Assembly: GCA_008632985.1 (NCBI GenBank)
Contig: QPGO01000039.1
Coordinates: forward strand, 62,001 to 126,000
Direction: 5' to 3'
Source: Psammoneis japonica
Lineage: Eukaryota
DNA: 64,000 nt
Shown here: positions 62,280 to 64,000 of the stretch, in pieces
Numbering within the stretch: the stretch's first letter is position 1
How the letters are laid out: the number at the start of each line of letters is the position of its first letter
Notes under the pieces: model-generated
Told to the model about the DNA's origin: nothing
Database searches by the model: none
Seen by the model: only the letters and a program-made list of their open reading frames with translations
Made by a program: the position numbers and the translations under genes

Positions 62280-63720
62280 CACTTGCTGGCGCGCGCGGCG
62301 CCATGAAACGCTCTGGCTGGTGTGGCATTGCAAGGCAGCACTGGAGCAGCTGATGGTGGAGTCAGAGGTGCTAGAGCAGCTGGACAGCAAGCATTGGAGT
62401 TGATGGCATTAGATCAGCTCAGAGACAATGGGGTGGCCAGCATGCAGCACTGTGGAGCAGGTGTGCCAGAGCAGGCAATGCAAAAGAGCTCGGGGGCAGG
62501 GCTGGCAAGGCGAGGCAGCCAGCATGCACACAAGAGCAGCAGCACAGGAGGAGTCAGCATCAATGGAGCAGCTGGGTGGTGTTCAAGTTTTTAAGCTGGA
62601 AATGGGAACATGAGCCAATGATGGTTTTTCACTGCAACAAGTGGTGCTTTTCTACAAAGAACACACAGGGCGTGAGATCTGTTGCTTGGAGCGATGGTCT
62701 TGTGTCTCCCCTTGGTGTTTTTCTTGCCACAACTCTTTTTTTAGCAGCATGGTCACCACTTGGGCACAATTCTGACCCAGCTGACATTTGGAGTGAGCAC
62801 GTCTTGCCGCACAAAAATGATGATGGCTCTCTTCCACACCTGGTGAGCTCTCGGGGGTTGATGAAAAGCCAATGTCGCCCACTGCTCTGAGAGCTCTCCT
62901 CTTTTCCAAGAGCAGCACACCACACAGTGTGAAAGTTTGTGATCTTTTTTCCTTGCACGCCCATTGCAAAGTCAGTTTCCAGCATCGTTCTTTTGCAAAA
63001 AAGAATGGCCTTGCTTTCATTTTTTTTTGCAGCTTGCCCAGGTTGTCAAAGCATGCAGCAAATCACCGCAAACAACATTCTTGGTTTGGTCTTGAGGCCC
63101 AGAAGTGTTTTTTTGTTGTGAGGTTTTGGTGCCTTCTGCAGCAATCATTCTTTGCTTTGATGCTCTGTGAGACAATGGCAGCGTCAGAGAACAACCATTT
63201 CTCCTCAAATGTGCTGCACACAAATGAAGGCCCTTGACAGACTCATGAGCTTGAGGAGCACTGAGACAGCATTCTGCTTGCATGCACAGTTTCTCAAGAC
63301 CAAGAGGATTGCACTTTTTTTTTTGCTGAGAAACAAGCTCTGGCAGGTGTGCCAGTGCCCGCTTCATCACTCCTGGTGGCTCTGGTGTGTGGCTCTGAGC
63401 ACACCTCTGGTGTGGCTCTGAGCACACATCATGCTCCACACCACCAGAGTCACCTGTGTGCATGTTTCAATGGCGCTTCTTCAGCTGCCAAACTTTTGCC
63501 TTTTTTCACAAAGAGAGCCAACTTGCTTCTTGCAATGGCGAGCCATGGCGCTGCTGGCCCCTCAAACAAAAGGTTTGCTGCTGGTGCCTGCTGGTGCCAA
63601 GGTTTTCAAAAAAGGAAAAGCATGCAAGTTTGCAGTTTGCAGGCAATGTTGGCCTTGCATGGTCCCAGGCAACCAGATGTGTGGGGCGTTGTGACACAAA
63701 AAGAAAAGCCTGTGAAGCTT
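62280..63720. mobile_element. Decayed repeat block, family unresolved
   Basis: CpG/TpA-depleted; no coherent ORF. Confidence 0.5.
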
Positions 63721-64000
63721 GTAGCGATGTTTCAAAGGCTTGACGGGAAAACCGTTATCTCAACGGATCTCAACGGACAATTGACGGTTGCAACGGCCGG
63801 TCGTGAAAACCGAAAGTTCAATCTTCCGACAGCAACCTACAGCCCCAGACGGCATAAAGGGTAATCATCAACAGCCCAATGTGACGTCAAAAATGAACCC
63901 AGACGTCATTGTGCAAGCATACCACTTCTACATGCCGTTGAGTCTAGTTTGGTATATTATAGTATATATTCGTTTGATGTTGAAGAAAGATGCATGAGCG

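Noticed and set aside
1..64000. Classical RIP or an alternative genetic code as the explanation for the composition
   Set aside because: RIP raises TpA, the opposite of what is seen; intact genes use Tyr codons and standard stops normally.

Overview
Eukaryotic genomic DNA, most consistent with a diatom (short GT-AG introns, diatom-type CoDi Ty1/copia remnants). Gene islands alternate with about 30-35 kb of decayed repeat blocks. Genes: a selenocysteine-containing selenophosphate synthetase (in-frame TGA plus a clear 3' SECIS), a His-rich class-C-like 7TM receptor, a DGAT2 fragment, a Spondin_N protein, a secreted beta-propeller, a LamG-like secreted protein, an MGS-DAG kinase fusion, ATG9, an FkbM methyltransferase, and several frameshifted genes (HET-like, CE2/SGNH esterase, F-box/WD40, RING-UIM). 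The most striking signal is that the repeat blocks have lost almost all TpA as well as CpG, both apparently converted to TpG/CpA. Conserved copia Tyr residues read Cys/His, surviving TpA are mostly YTAR, TpA loss extends into zones that keep CpG, and a younger TIR element nested in a copia is unaffected. This suggests a repeat-targeted, context-specific A-to-G hypermutation process distinct from 5mC deamination and fungal RIP. All counts and family assignments are by eye or from recalled motifs; no searches were run.
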